A stretch of 56,779 bases of DNA, the filler included, from Sphacelaria rigidula (Eukaryota): NCBI GenBank assembly GCA_964200075.2. It is 7 parts of 7 records of this genome, joined end to end, with 100 filler letters (N's around TTAATTAATTAA, not from the genome) between each part and the next. Parts side by side here need not be neighbours in the genome. Positions count along the whole stretch, not along the records: positions 1 to 8,027 come from CAXNAA020012590.1; positions 8,128 to 16,153 come from CAXNAA020012591.1; 5 more parts are not named here. One strand, written 5' to 3'. The position numbers were made by a program, and so were the translations under genes. The stretch's first letter is position 1, and every line of letters starts with the position of its first letter. The notes under the pieces are model-generated. The model saw only the letters and a program-made list of their open reading frames with translations, was not told where the DNA came from and did not search any database. Of the stretch, positions 1 through 10,948 are shown one piece after another.

Positions 1-50
1 CGCAGATATCGGAACGGCTTTTAATGTGAAGACAACAACAACAACAACAA
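1..50 (+). mobile_element. 3' end of a short retroposon (SINE/LINE tail) ending in (CAA)n
   Basis: CGCAGATATCGGAACGGYTTTTAATGTGAAGACAACAAC recurs at ~19299-19338 in another contig; here it is followed by a (CAA)n tail. Confidence 0.6.
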
Positions 51-1489
51 CACTATGTTCAAGTTTCGCGTACATCGATCTGCATACTTGAGCGCACAAA
101 CGGCTAATTGCTCACGCTGTTTTTGGAGTTAGACCTTGAACGTTTGATCACGGGTTCTCTAATATATTTTGAAGTGCTGTTTGAATGGGGTCATTCGATA
201 TTTTTCGTTTTTCGCCGGATATTCGGGGTCCCACGAGAGAGGGTACCCTGAACCAGCCTGTGAGCGAAATCTGTGCACGGGTTCGAAAATGAATCGGTTG
301 TAGCAGTGATGATGCAATATCTCTGAACTGTTGATGGTACAGAACATACGTGACAAGGAGGCACTTCATCTACAGTTCCCACCGAGCCCGGAGAAACACG
401 CACACACATACATCGCCTACGCACGTTAGCTCCACCGCCAGCCCTTGCCATCTAAACACAGCAGAAGGATCTTTGTTTGACGTGAAACCGTTCCGTACCG
501 GACGGCGGCGTGCGTGCCAATTCCAACCGAACACGTACTATTGCTGACCCTCATGTCCAGGTGTTTCCGCCGCACCTGCGACACGAGTTGTCGTTTTTCA
601 TTGAGATATTGAAATATTTGTTCAAAGCCCAGAGGCACGTGCTTAGCACATTAGCAGCTACAGCTTGAGCTTCATTTGTTTCGTTCGCGGGGGCAGTGGA
701 ACTCTCCATTATGGTGATGTGTGGTTGTTTTGGGTTGTGTTCTACACCTCTGGATGTGCCGTTGCGGATTGTACACTTTTTTCCCCTTTTTCTTCGACTA
801 AGCTGATCATCGGTTTGCACCCATCCCTTCGAATTCCCCCCATACAAGTTTCAGATATTTGCCTATTCAAGCAGATATTTCGCCTGAATTCTGAGAGGGT
901 GGAGAGTATCGCATCGACAAATTTCACCACGCATACAAGAAGCATACCTTTGAGCATATCTTTGAGAAAGCTGATAAGGCTGTTTCGACAAGATAAGCCC
1001 CAAGCATCAGCGGGTCAGGCCTGGGTCTCATAAGGCCATGTTCCGAACCTACTCGGGAACATGGACACGGACTAAAGACACACGTGAACAAGAAGTGGTG
1101 ATGCAAGGGATGGAATATCGCTCAGTCCAGGCACCACCGCCGAAGTCCTTGTACAAGTTATACTCCAGTGGGAAGGGCAGGTACTCTAGGTCCAAGTAAG
1201 TAGGCTTTCGAACGTGGTCGGACTTTTACGGACGAACGTTGTTCGTTGTGTTGAAAATGCCGATCAGGTGGGAATGTGGATTTTTCGATCACTGGGGTAA
1301 AAGCTTGCGCACAACAAATAGAAACGTTTGTCGTGTGCATGCTTCCTGTGAATTCAGAACTCATCATCCTCTGAAACTCTTGAAACGTTGCACGAAGTTA
1401 ATCCCGCTTGGTGAGTCATATAACGTGAAGTCATTGCCTTCCGACCACTGGCACATGTATCCTCCCTGACAGTTCCGGGGAAGGGGGGG

Positions 1490-1626
1490 TGTGGGGGGGA
1501 TAGAGTACGTATGATCGTGCATGCCATAGTTATACGATCATTGACCTCGCATCCCTACAAAGCCGGGACGGAGTACGCCATGTTTTCACCGGACCAGGCT
1601 CGCAATCAATCACCAAGCGTGAAGCA
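1490..1626 (+). mobile_element. Dispersed SINE-like repeat (G-tract head, CATTGACCTCGCATCCCTACARAGCCGGGACGG core)
   Basis: Close copies at ~22378-22515 and ~40455-40529, in different contigs. Confidence 0.65.
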
Positions 1627-4600
1627 CAGTGATGTGTTTGACGAGTCGTGTGAAAGGAAAGTTGCATCCTGCTAAGGTTGTTCGGCCCGAAGCGTGCCGA
1701 TCATCTTGCATTTGGATGACAGCCTCTAATGAGTTGTTTGATATTGTGGTGTTGCGAGTTCCAGAGACAGCCGCGATTTATGCACTGCCTCATGGGCATC
1801 CCATGAAGGAGGGGGGCTTCATTCGTTGCTTGCCTTAGTCGTTTGACCATTGACCCCGTATTCCAGACGGATCCTGGGGTGGAAGTGATGATACTAGGGT
1901 TCAAACGTGTAGTTTAGGGCGGCGCAAGGCTAGGGGTCTGCTAAACCTCGCTTTTCAAACCTTGGGTGGAAGAGAGGGAAGAACGTTTTTGGCGAAGGAA
2001 TGTTTTGTAGGTGGATGGGAGTCTTTCGTGGGGTGTAGCGAAGTGTTCGAGCGATCTACGGAGAAAGCCAACGTGGTCTAGCTGAGGTTGTGTCATGATG
2101 AAAAATCGATGGAGCTGCCACCTTTTACATCGCACATCGCTTTCGTCACAGATACACGGACTTGGAACAGCGCGGTGCAGCCTGAAACCGTAGCGATACA
2201 CTGCACTGGGCTGTACGAAGCACTCGTACTATCGCAGGCTTCGCCGTAGGTGGACCGTCTCTACTAAAGGGATGTAGCGATGGCGTGACTAGTTCCGTTT
2301 CCTGTGCGTAGGTCTGCCCGGGTGTGACGTCCAACGTTTGCGGCCTAGTTTTCATTTGCGATTTGCTTGAGTTTCGCTGCGACATTCCAAAGTGTGGCGT
2401 GGGGCTCACGACTCGATTCTGTTTTTCAAACGTTGATTTACCGTATCCTGGGCTCATGTCTTCCATGACCATCTCTGAACCAGGTACAACTATCACATGA
2501 CTACTGTACACCGGGACGACAAGGACGAGAACCTTACATCATCATTCTTGACTCGGGTCAGGAACACGGGCACGTGCAAACGACACACGTAGGGCCTCTC
2601 TTGTGACAGGCCTTGCTACTTCGTGAGTTACGTTTTTCACTATACCCCATTTTTGGCTGGTTGGCAACTCTGCTCACGTGACCCCTCGTTGTCGGATATA
2701 TTTCAGCTATCGTTCGGGTGATGTATGTGTCTGGAGTGGGAAGATAACGCGGCGGGTTGGACATCTCCTCAACACAACTGACGGCGTATGGTGCGACTTG
2801 TACGTATGGTGTTCCGACACCCACTGTGGGGTGAGGAGCACAACACGTGCGGTTTGTGGTGCGCTAGCGGCACAAGACCCATTTACTACGCCATCCGATT
2901 TTGGTGGATGGCCTGAACGGGTTGGCGCGTGTTGCCTTAGAATCGTTACTCGATGGTGAATCTTTTGCTGGGGTGGCAAAAACAATGATCGCATGGTGCG
3001 GTACATGATATCCGATGTATCGATGAGGTGTCATGGCAATTCTTTGGTCCCGCTCGGAACACGGCGTGTGGTTCCCAAAACCTGCTTCGTCGTACGTGGC
3101 TGGACGACTGCGATTCCTACTTCATTGAGTTTCAATACTCATGGTTACCGCGATATTCAGAAATCTCACTACCTCAGTAATTTCAGTCCTTTGCATGCCG
3201 TACGTACAAGCGTACTGTGCGCATTCATGTACGCTTCTAGATCAAACAGTTGGATATCGCAAATCCAATAGTCATCGTGTACGTTAATGTAGGAGCTCAG
3301 AATTGATTAGCCATCGCAAATCAGTCACGGTACGACTTACGGGCGTGATGTGCCACCGCATCCTGAACAAGCGCTGGCTCCGCGGCAGCGCGTGATCCTG
3401 TGATTTTGAGTTGAAATTAAGATGACGAGCTCGCGAAATGATCTTTCCCAAAAATACGCGACACGGCTCTCCGCACTCAAGACCAAATTATACTCGATCA
3501 TTTGTTCGCCCCCATGATCAGTTTAGACTGAAAATATCGTGAATCATCCCACTGGTGATGGATACCACCCTCACAAAACAAAACGAGAAAAAATCGAGAC
3601 CACAAGGGAAAATATGGGCACCAAAAATGTTCGCGGAAACTTCAATAATACGACAACACATTTTTGCTTCGTATTGCTGTCATGAAATTCATGTTTCATA
3701 CTTGCCTCAAAGCCTTCGTCACAAATTTCAAGCAACAAGAATATCCAAATGCCAGATCATGATCACTTCAAAAGTGAGGGTGTATGGTTTCCGCACGCAC
3801 GTTATTTTCGTTGCATGGATCGCACATGTCCCTTCGAGCAGCATGGCATGGGGTGTTGGGCGTGTCTGTGTGTTTTTATCATCTTCGTGCAGTGCAGTGC
3901 AGTAAGGATGTTTCACGGTACTTGCACCGTACGGTTTCGGTGGTTCGCGGTAGAGTCGCCTGCGGAAGGGTGATCCACGGTGAGGCTGTGAGGTATGTTA
4001 CAAGGTGTTCTCAGTACGCTCTACACTGTGAAGGGGAAGTACGACCTTGCGAAGTCCCTGTCGATGGGTCCTGCATTTTGCACACCTGCCCGGCACCGCG
4101 AATGATATCCCGATACCGCAATCAACAGCGGTTGTTAGACAGCGGTAGCAGCGCCGAGGACAGACCTAGATTGGTATTGTGGAACTTACCAGAGGTATCC
4201 GAGAACAGATGACGGAGGACACATGCTGTTGTCCAGAGCGTGCGGTTTGCGGTGAAAGTTCGTTCGAGTAATATATATGATTTTGCCATGGAACAAGTCC
4301 GATTTTGGATGATGTTCCGAGCAACAGCATTTCATGCCCGTGTTGGAACGATTCCAAGGTCATGTAAGAAACCGGATGTACATCTCAAAATCTAGCCCAA
4401 GTAGCTAGGATACTACGGATTTCGGACGATGGCCGCTCTGTCGCGCTGGACCGTATGAGGAGAGAAGATGTGATCTCCCCGTGCTTTTTATCAAAAAGCG
4501 GGTGCAGAGCACATCCCCGCGTGATGTGCCTCAAGAGTTCCGATCGAAACTGATGTGTGTAGCGCGTTTTTCCAGTTCCACACTATTGGATCCGACATAG

Positions 4601-6012
4601 TTCCTTTTCGGCGCGAGAAACGCGAACATATACATTTCCTACACCGAGACCCAAAGGATAACACTCCGGTCCTACCCATGCCCCACAGGCCCCTCCGCAC
4701 CCCTGCGCGAATTTGTTGAAGCTGTTCCCGACGGTAGTATATGCATGTAACGTGTCCCCATGGTGGCGTCGCGACAGGATATGAAATCATGTGGACTGAG
4801 GTTGCCGGTACACCGATGGCGACACGGTTGGTATTCGTGGGTGTATCTCAAGCGAACTGTCTGGGTTTCGTTTCAGTTCTGGTCTCATAATAGGTAGGTT
4901 TTACCAGACTGGAGAAGGTTTCACGAAGGTGCGTCGATGGGGCGCAGTCACTGCCCACCTCGCAAAGTGCAGAACTTTCCACGAAGGCCGGAAAGTGATC
5001 ACATCTCAACAACACGCTCAGCCTAGGTAGGATTTCGTCCAGCGGTTTCAGGGTCTTGCCCCTGTAGCTGGTTCCATCAAAATCTCCCAGAACAACGCCC
5101 TTGGGAAGGTGATTCTACCGTTGATGCATTCATCCAAGTGCTCCTCTGTTTCGTCATTATCCTGAGTATAAAACACAGATGAATAGCCGATGCCATGTAG
5201 AGGTACACAGAGCTCCTGCGATCATATATATAGCGCATAAAACATACGTCCGCCGTCGAGTTGTCCTGTTCGATGCTTGAACATCGCTGTGACTCCATCA
5301 TGCGACACGTACAAATATTCTGGTGCTATTGAGTATCGAACTCGACTGCCCCCCACAGTGCGCTCGTACGGGTGCGTACTCGAGTATATAAGGTATGTGG
5401 AGTTGTCACACGGTTATTCACTTCGTCGACAAAGCTATCTGGTGCTGAACTTTCGAAGTACTCCCCAGCTGGCTCGATCTATCTGACCTGTAAAGCCTTC
5501 TGTATGTTGGCATGTTCGTTCTTGGTCTACTCTATCGCTCTGTCCTACCTTTTCTTCTTTTTTTTCCTTTTTCTCCAGCGAGTGTATCAGTCTTGGTTTG
5601 TTTCGCGTACGTTTATCATGTGACCACGACTGGATCCCTGGGCCGTGATTTGAAGTGTGACAACCAATCAATCGATCAATCAATAATTCCGCTATTGCTC
5701 TTCGTTACGGGGGGCGCGCTGTTGCGTTGGTATTTTGCTTCAAACGTTCCTTCGGACAAGGTCGTTCTCCTTTGGTACTTTTCCAGTGCGCTTTTCGCTT
5801 CTGAATCGTACTGTGATCGCGTTGAAGAGGTCGCAACACGCAAAATCACCGCGGGCTGTATGTTTGCAGCTGTGCGGGTCAATTTATGTGAGTGTGATTG
5901 AAGTGAGTGCGAGTATTTCCCGTTCTTGCGATTCATGTGCAGCAATAGGAGTGTCGTTCGTTTTACGAAATAGCTCAAGTCTCTTACATACAAACTCCCT
6001 CCCGCTTGGTCA

Positions 6013-6105
6013 ACTGTGCTACTGTGAGCAGTTTGCTCTCATAACATCACACGAGGAGGACTGTGCTACTGTGAGCAGTTTGCTCTCAGAAATCACACGA
6101 GGGGG
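6013..6105 (+). repeat. 47-bp tandem duplication just upstream of the EsV-1-7 gene ATG
   Basis: ACTGTGCTACTGTGAGCAGTTTGCTCTCA...ATCACACGAGG at 6013 and again at 6060. Confidence 0.85.
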
Positions 6106-6111
6106 AAGCTA

Positions 6112-7815
6112 ATGGCCAACTTGGCGAGAGGCAAATGCAGCAACGAGGGCTGCTCTAAGCGCCCAACGCACGGTTCACAGGGCTACAAGGGAGAGTTCTG
6201 CCTCAAGCATGCCAGCGCGGGAATTGTGAATGTGATGAGGAAGAAGTGCGACACCGGCGGCTGCTCCAAGCAACCGTCGTTTGGTGTCGCGGGAAGCAAG
6301 AAGGCGGAGTTTTGCTCCAAGCATGCCACGGCGGGAATGATCGATGTGAGGAATAAGAAGTGCAGCAACGACGGCTGCGCCAAGCACCCGTCGTTTGGTG
6401 TCGCGGGAAGCAAGAAGGCGGAGTTCTGCTCCAAGCATGCCACGGCGGGAATGACCGATGTGACGAGTAAGAGGTGCGGCAACGATGGCTGCGCCAAGCA
6501 CCCGTCGTTTGGTGTAGCGGGAAGCAAGAAGGCGGAGTTCTGCTCCCAGCATGCCACGGCGGGAATGATCGATGTGAGGAGTAAGAAGTGCGGCAACGAT
6601 GGCTGTGCCAAGCGTCCGTCGTTTGGTGTAGCGGGAAGCAAGAAGGCGGAGTTGTGCTCCCAGCATGTCAAGGCGGGGATGATTGATGTAGTGAGTAAGA
6701 AGTGCGGCAACGATGGCTGCTCCAGCCGTCCATCGTTTGGTGTAGAGGGAAGCAAGGAGGCCGAGTTTTGTGCCCAGCACGCCAAGGCGGGAATGACTGA
6801 TGTGAGGAATAAGAAGTGCAGCAACAACGGCTGTTCCAAGGGTCCGTGGTTTGGTGTCGCGGGAAGCAAGAAGGCGGAATTCTGCTCCCAGCATGCCACG
6901 GCGGGAATGATCGATGTGAGGAGTAAGAAGTGCGGCAACGACGGCTGTGCCAAGCGTCCGTCCTTTGGTGTAGCGGGAAGCAAGAAGGCGGAGTTCTGCT
7001 CCCAGCATGCCACGGCGGGAATGATCGATGTGAGGGGTAAGAAGTGCGGCAACAACGGCTGCGCCAAGCGCCCGTGGTTTGGTGTAGCGGGAAGCAAGAA
7101 GGAGGAGTTTTGTGCCAAGCATGCCAGGATGAGTACGGTAAATGTGGTCACCCAAAGGCTAGGGAGAGAGGGATTCTCTAAGTTGGATACATCCGAGAGG
7201 CACAGCCTTGATGAGGCAAATTCCCGCCCACAGAATGATACCGCACACAACGTATTTATCGTCAGCGATACCGGAGAGCCCACTACTGGGATGATCTCCT
7301 CCGGCCGTGGCCCGACGGAGGGCGGTGGAGAAGGCGTTGCTGACGTGCGAGATAAGAAACGCAAGCGCGCAGCATGGCCGCCTCCCGGTGGAAGCGACAG
7401 TGTTGGTGCTCGCCGGAGTGTGTGTCCAGGTCCGAGGCGGCCCGGTACGACAGCACCGTTGCTCCTGGGGCAGCTACCCACAGGGGCTGATAGTGACGTG
7501 TCTCCAGCGGCAGGGTTACGGGTAGGAATGAAGGTCGAGCTGACAGGCCCTCCTGATGCACACGGTGTCGGTGCAGTAAGAGAGTATAGCAGGCAGGCTG
7601 TTCCTTCGCACAGTTGGAGCAGCGCAGGTAGTGGTCGTAGACCCAGCATTAGTAGCTGTGTTGTGAGTACGGGACCGCTATGTGATTCGCCAGCAGTGAT
7701 ACCTGGGTGCATTGGCGCGTTTGATGACGTGAAAGCTAGAGAGGCTAAAGAGGAGTCAAATGTGAAGTTGGAGCTAGGAGCGTGTGGTCCTCCTTCTTGG
7801 ACGCCTGGCAGATGA
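6112..7815 (+). CDS. EsV-1-7 repeat protein, 567 aa, single exon; nine Cys/His repeats and a low-complexity C-terminus with a putative NLS (RDKKRKR)
   Basis: Long ATG-to-TGA ORF; tandem ~38-aa units KC-x3-GC-x3-PSFGVAGSKKAEFCxxHATAGMIDVRxK match the EsV-1-7 (Ectocarpus virus / IMM-type) repeat pattern. Confidence 0.9.
   Translation: MANLARGKCSNEGCSKRPTHGSQGYKGEFCLKHASAGIVNVMRKKCDTGGCSKQPSFGVAGSKKAEFCSKHATAGMIDVRNKKCSNDGCAKHPSFGVAGSKKAEFCSKHATAGMTDVTSKRCGNDGCAKHPSFGVAGSKKAEFCSQHATAGMIDVRSKKCGNDGCAKRPSFGVAGSKKAELCSQHVKAGMIDVVSKKCGNDGCSSRPSFGVEGSKEAEFCAQHAKAGMTDVRNKKCSNNGCSKGPWFGVAGSKKAEFCSQHATAGMIDVRSKKCGNDGCAKRPSFGVAGSKKAEFCSQHATAGMIDVRGKKCGNNGCAKRPWFGVAGSKKEEFCAKHARMSTVNVVTQRLGREGFSKLDTSERHSLDEANSRPQNDTAHNVFIVSDTGEPTTGMISSGRGPTEGGGEGVADVRDKKRKRAAWPPPGGSDSVGARRSVCPGPRRPGTTAPLLLGQLPTGADSDVSPAAGLRVGMKVELTGPPDAHGVGAVREYSRQAVPSHSWSSAGSGRRPSISSCVVSTGPLCDSPAVIPGCIGAFDDVKAREAKEESNVKLELGACGPPSWTPGR
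6133..7146 (+). repeat. Coding tandem array, nine units of ~114 nt
   Basis: Unit periodicity is visible directly, e.g. repeated GCGGGAAGCAAGAAGGCGGAG. Confidence 0.9.
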
Positions 7816-8027
7816 TCGATGTTTTGTTTTCTTGTCCCGGTTTTGACGGTGAGACTCCGCGGGGAGTATGCTGGCGTGTGCTGGGGTGAACGGTCAGCAC
7901 TTTCGAACGAGAGGCAGCTGGTGAGGGTGAAGATTATTTTATTTTGTCGATGAGAAGTAATTCATGAGGGTATGACTCCTCCGTTCCCCGTCCTCCGACG
8001 AAGGTCATGACCGGTCTTGTCGGTACG

Positions 8028-8127
8028 NNNNNNNNNNNNNNNNNNNNNNNNNNNNNNNNNNNNNNNNNNNNTTAATTAATTAANNNNNNNNNNNNNNNNN
8101 NNNNNNNNNNNNNNNNNNNNNNNNNNN
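8028..8127. other. Artificial contig-joining spacer
   Basis: 44 N + TTAATTAATTAA (stops in all six frames) + 44 N. Confidence 0.97.
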
Positions 8128-8189
8128 CTTTCACTGCAGCTTCCCAGTGCCTCTCGCATGGGTCAGGCGACGGCGGGGCGGGCGCGCGT

Positions 8190-8309
8190 GCTCGTATTCA
8201 TTTGATGCTTGCCTTAGTCGTTTGACCATCGACCACGCATCCCTTTAGAAACGGAGCACCGTGTTGGATCCCTGGGGGGTCAGTTAAGGTGCGACAATCA
8301 ATCAATCAA
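8190..8309 (+). mobile_element. SINE-like repeat (TGCTTGCCTTAGTCGTTTGACCAT core) with (AATC)n tail
   Basis: Related copies at ~1810-1890, 38056-38285, 48755-48820, 56565-56690 and 56710-56779, and inverted at ~54455-54505. Confidence 0.7.
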
Positions 8310-9487
8310 TTTGAGCCTTTCGGTGTATGTGGGCGCATTAGGCATCATCAAACAGCAGGAGAATCAACACACGAGCTTTTTCATCTTCATAATTATTCTG
8401 AGAACTCCATCATTTTTTTGCGGAGCCAGTCTCTTTTTTTTTTATCGCGAGAAGGATCCGCTGGCCCCTTTCCCTCCTCGACCATGAAGTCGAACGTTTG
8501 CGTACTCGCGACATAGTCGCTCTCCGCTGTTCGCCATGACTAGGAAGAACTCAGGTTGGATGACTTCACCACAAGTCCAACCCACGTCCCAATCGTCAGA
8601 CGGTGTCGAGGATACCAACTGAGATATCGGGTTGACTGGATGATCAAAGTGGTACAAACTCTATCACCTCCAATTCGAACAATTCTCAAGCGTTCGAGTT
8701 CGCGACAAGGGATTTTTTTTCCTCTCTTCGTTCTTAGCCTTCCGTCGCCTGAAATCATGAGTAATAAAAGTGAAAGATACAAAAAACGATGTAGACCGAC
8801 GAGCTAGGAGAGCACTGATCCAAAAGTGTTCGACAAAACAAGAAGTGCAAGGCATGCTTTCCCGGAGGTCGGACCAAAAATGCTTCGTTCTGGAAAATAC
8901 TTGCCTCTAGTATAATTGATTCGTACTGCTCGAATCAATCCTTCGATTTTGTTTCCAGCGTTGCACCCAAGGTACACGCATCCCAGGCACGCGGAATAGC
9001 GCGAACATTGCGTAGAGAGGTATTTCACCCGTGGTCGACCCTTCTCTCTTTTCCGGCAATAAGGCCTAAGAAATCGCGAATTTGCTTATTCGAAGCAAGG
9101 ATGATTTCGTTCGGCCCTTGAAGGATATCAGGGAAGAGACAGTTGATGCCGAGGAGGGAGGACTAGCAGGCGTTACATAAAAACGAAGAACAATGGGTGA
9201 ACCGGAGACATACCATGTGACAAACCGTGTGATCCTTCACAGTGCAAACGTGCAAACTTTATGCCTTTACAAATCACCTGTCGTAAACCCTACCCTACAC
9301 AGCAACGAGTTTTCATATCGCGACGTCCCGACATTGTACGGTCAAAGTCGCTTGCCACACGTGCTATCCCTCACTGCTCACCGACGTCTCTGTAGTGCGT
9401 GATCCCGATACAGTGCGGCCGACAAATATCCCATATCTACACCACCGAACTTTACGAGGACCCTCCTTGCCGTACTCAAATACGCAC

Positions 9488-9642
9488 CTCTTGAAGGAAG
9501 CCACTCTCGGCGTTATGTCGAGGTAGGCCTGCTGCTTATTCCCCAGAGAGAAATAGTCTGCGATGGTTATAATCTCGATGCCGTGGGCCACTCCAGCGCT
9601 CCGCGCGGTATCGCCGTACTGCCCCTGCCGTCCAACGTTTTC
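9488..9642 (-). CDS. TBCD: Tubulin-folding cofactor D, internal exon (ENVGRQG...HGIEIITIADYFSLGNKQQAYLDITPRVASFK)
   Basis: TAG acceptor, GTGCGT donor; in phase with exon 13188-13289; HGIEI...ADYFSLGN motif typical of TBCD. Confidence 0.88.
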
Positions 9643-10272
9643 CTACAACGAACGCAGAAGGATGTTGTTATATATATTTATATATGTTTTTTTATATATA
9701 CACATGGATGGACTACGCAGATCAATGTCGAAGACGCGAGCGCGCGGTGGCCGAAAAGAGTGATAACGATACTTGGACGTTCACTTGCAATATCAACACA
9801 CTGCACGAGAGGTAGGCATTCATTCCTGGCGGCTTATTTTTCGTAATACGTTTACACGCACATGTATAAATACTTGAAGCACACGGCTACGTGGTGGTCC
9901 TTTCGACATTCCGGATATTTCTCAGTCCCACGCGAATAACCTCATGGTGTCATGATCCTTTCGGAAAGTTAAAAAAACAAAACACATATTTCAAGGACGC
10001 ATACGGTGAGAACTTTTGGTATCCAGTTACGGTCGTGGTCCCGATATAACGGTGAATTCAATAGCGAAATGACCTGAATAAATAGCGATGGAAAAATCTG
10101 ATGGCACAAATGCATCCCGGTATAACGGCATATACACCGCTATACCGGGCACACTCCGATATAATGGCATAAACACCGCTATACTGGGCTCTCAGTTCTA
10201 CAGTTCGGTGCCCCCTCAGCATGCTGCACGCGCGCAGACCAGCAGAAACACAGCAGGTAAATTCCAACACCA

Positions 10273-10707
10273 TGTCCTGCGCGGCCGAAGAGTTATGCGA
10301 CTTCAGAGAACTGGAAGTGAAAGGCCCCCCAATGGGCAGAAGCACGGATATCTTTGTTGGGGTCAGTGTAGTGGCCGCCTTCATGGCGGCTGTGGTAATA
10401 TTTAATGATCCAGACGGCAACGGATTAAACCGCATCTGCCACAAAGGCGTCGCGAAAAAAAGCCAATCGAATCTAGCCAAGCGAAAAACATGGTCTTGAC
10501 TGCGCTCGGCCGGATCCGACTGGTTCTCTTAGCGACACATTCATCGCAGATGCGTTTCAACTCGCTGCCGTCTGGGTCATAAACCTCACCGCCGCCATGA
10601 ACGCAGCCAGTACACTCACCCCAACAAGAACGTCCGTGGTGTTGCCCATTGGGTCCCATCACTTCAAGTTTAATAAAGTTGAATATCTTTTTGGCCGCGC
10701 AAGTACA
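10273..10707. repeat. Imperfect ~435-bp inverted repeat (arms ~10273-10485 and ~10501-10707) in a TBCD intron
   Basis: Arms align by eye along their length, e.g. CCCAATGGGCA / TGCCCATTGGG and CCAGACGGCA / TGCCGTCTGG. Confidence 0.85.
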
Positions 10708-10948
10708 AGAAAAAACAGAGAGAACCTGAGAACAAAATCGATTGTGCTGATGTCATCTGCTTCCTACATTTGTTTCTGTGTGCAAGTGCCTGCTGTGTGT
10801 GGTGGTTTTATTTCCCCCGGCTAAACGGCTGCTCAAAGCCCACGTATAGCGAGACATTACGGCTGGGATAACGCAACTGAAGGTACAGTGGGAGTAGTAT
10901 TGTAGTTTGTGTAAAACAAACTGCTGTCCATGCTGCTTCAACCCTTTG

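Noticed and set aside
51..70. CACTATG as a Transib/CACTA terminus
   Set aside because: No matching inverted terminus found on the contig; it directly follows a (CAA)n tail and may be chance
1740..1800. DAHE motif suggesting a ubiquitin-specific protease
   Set aside because: No Cys box or His box found in frame; four residues are not enough
6175..7712. Long minus-strand ORFs (326 and 509 aa)
   Set aside because: Antisense shadows of the repetitive EsV-1-7 coding sequence
8072..8083. Recurring TTAATTAATTAA motif as a biological element
   Set aside because: Always centred in N44 flanks at contig joins; it is a synthetic six-frame stop linker
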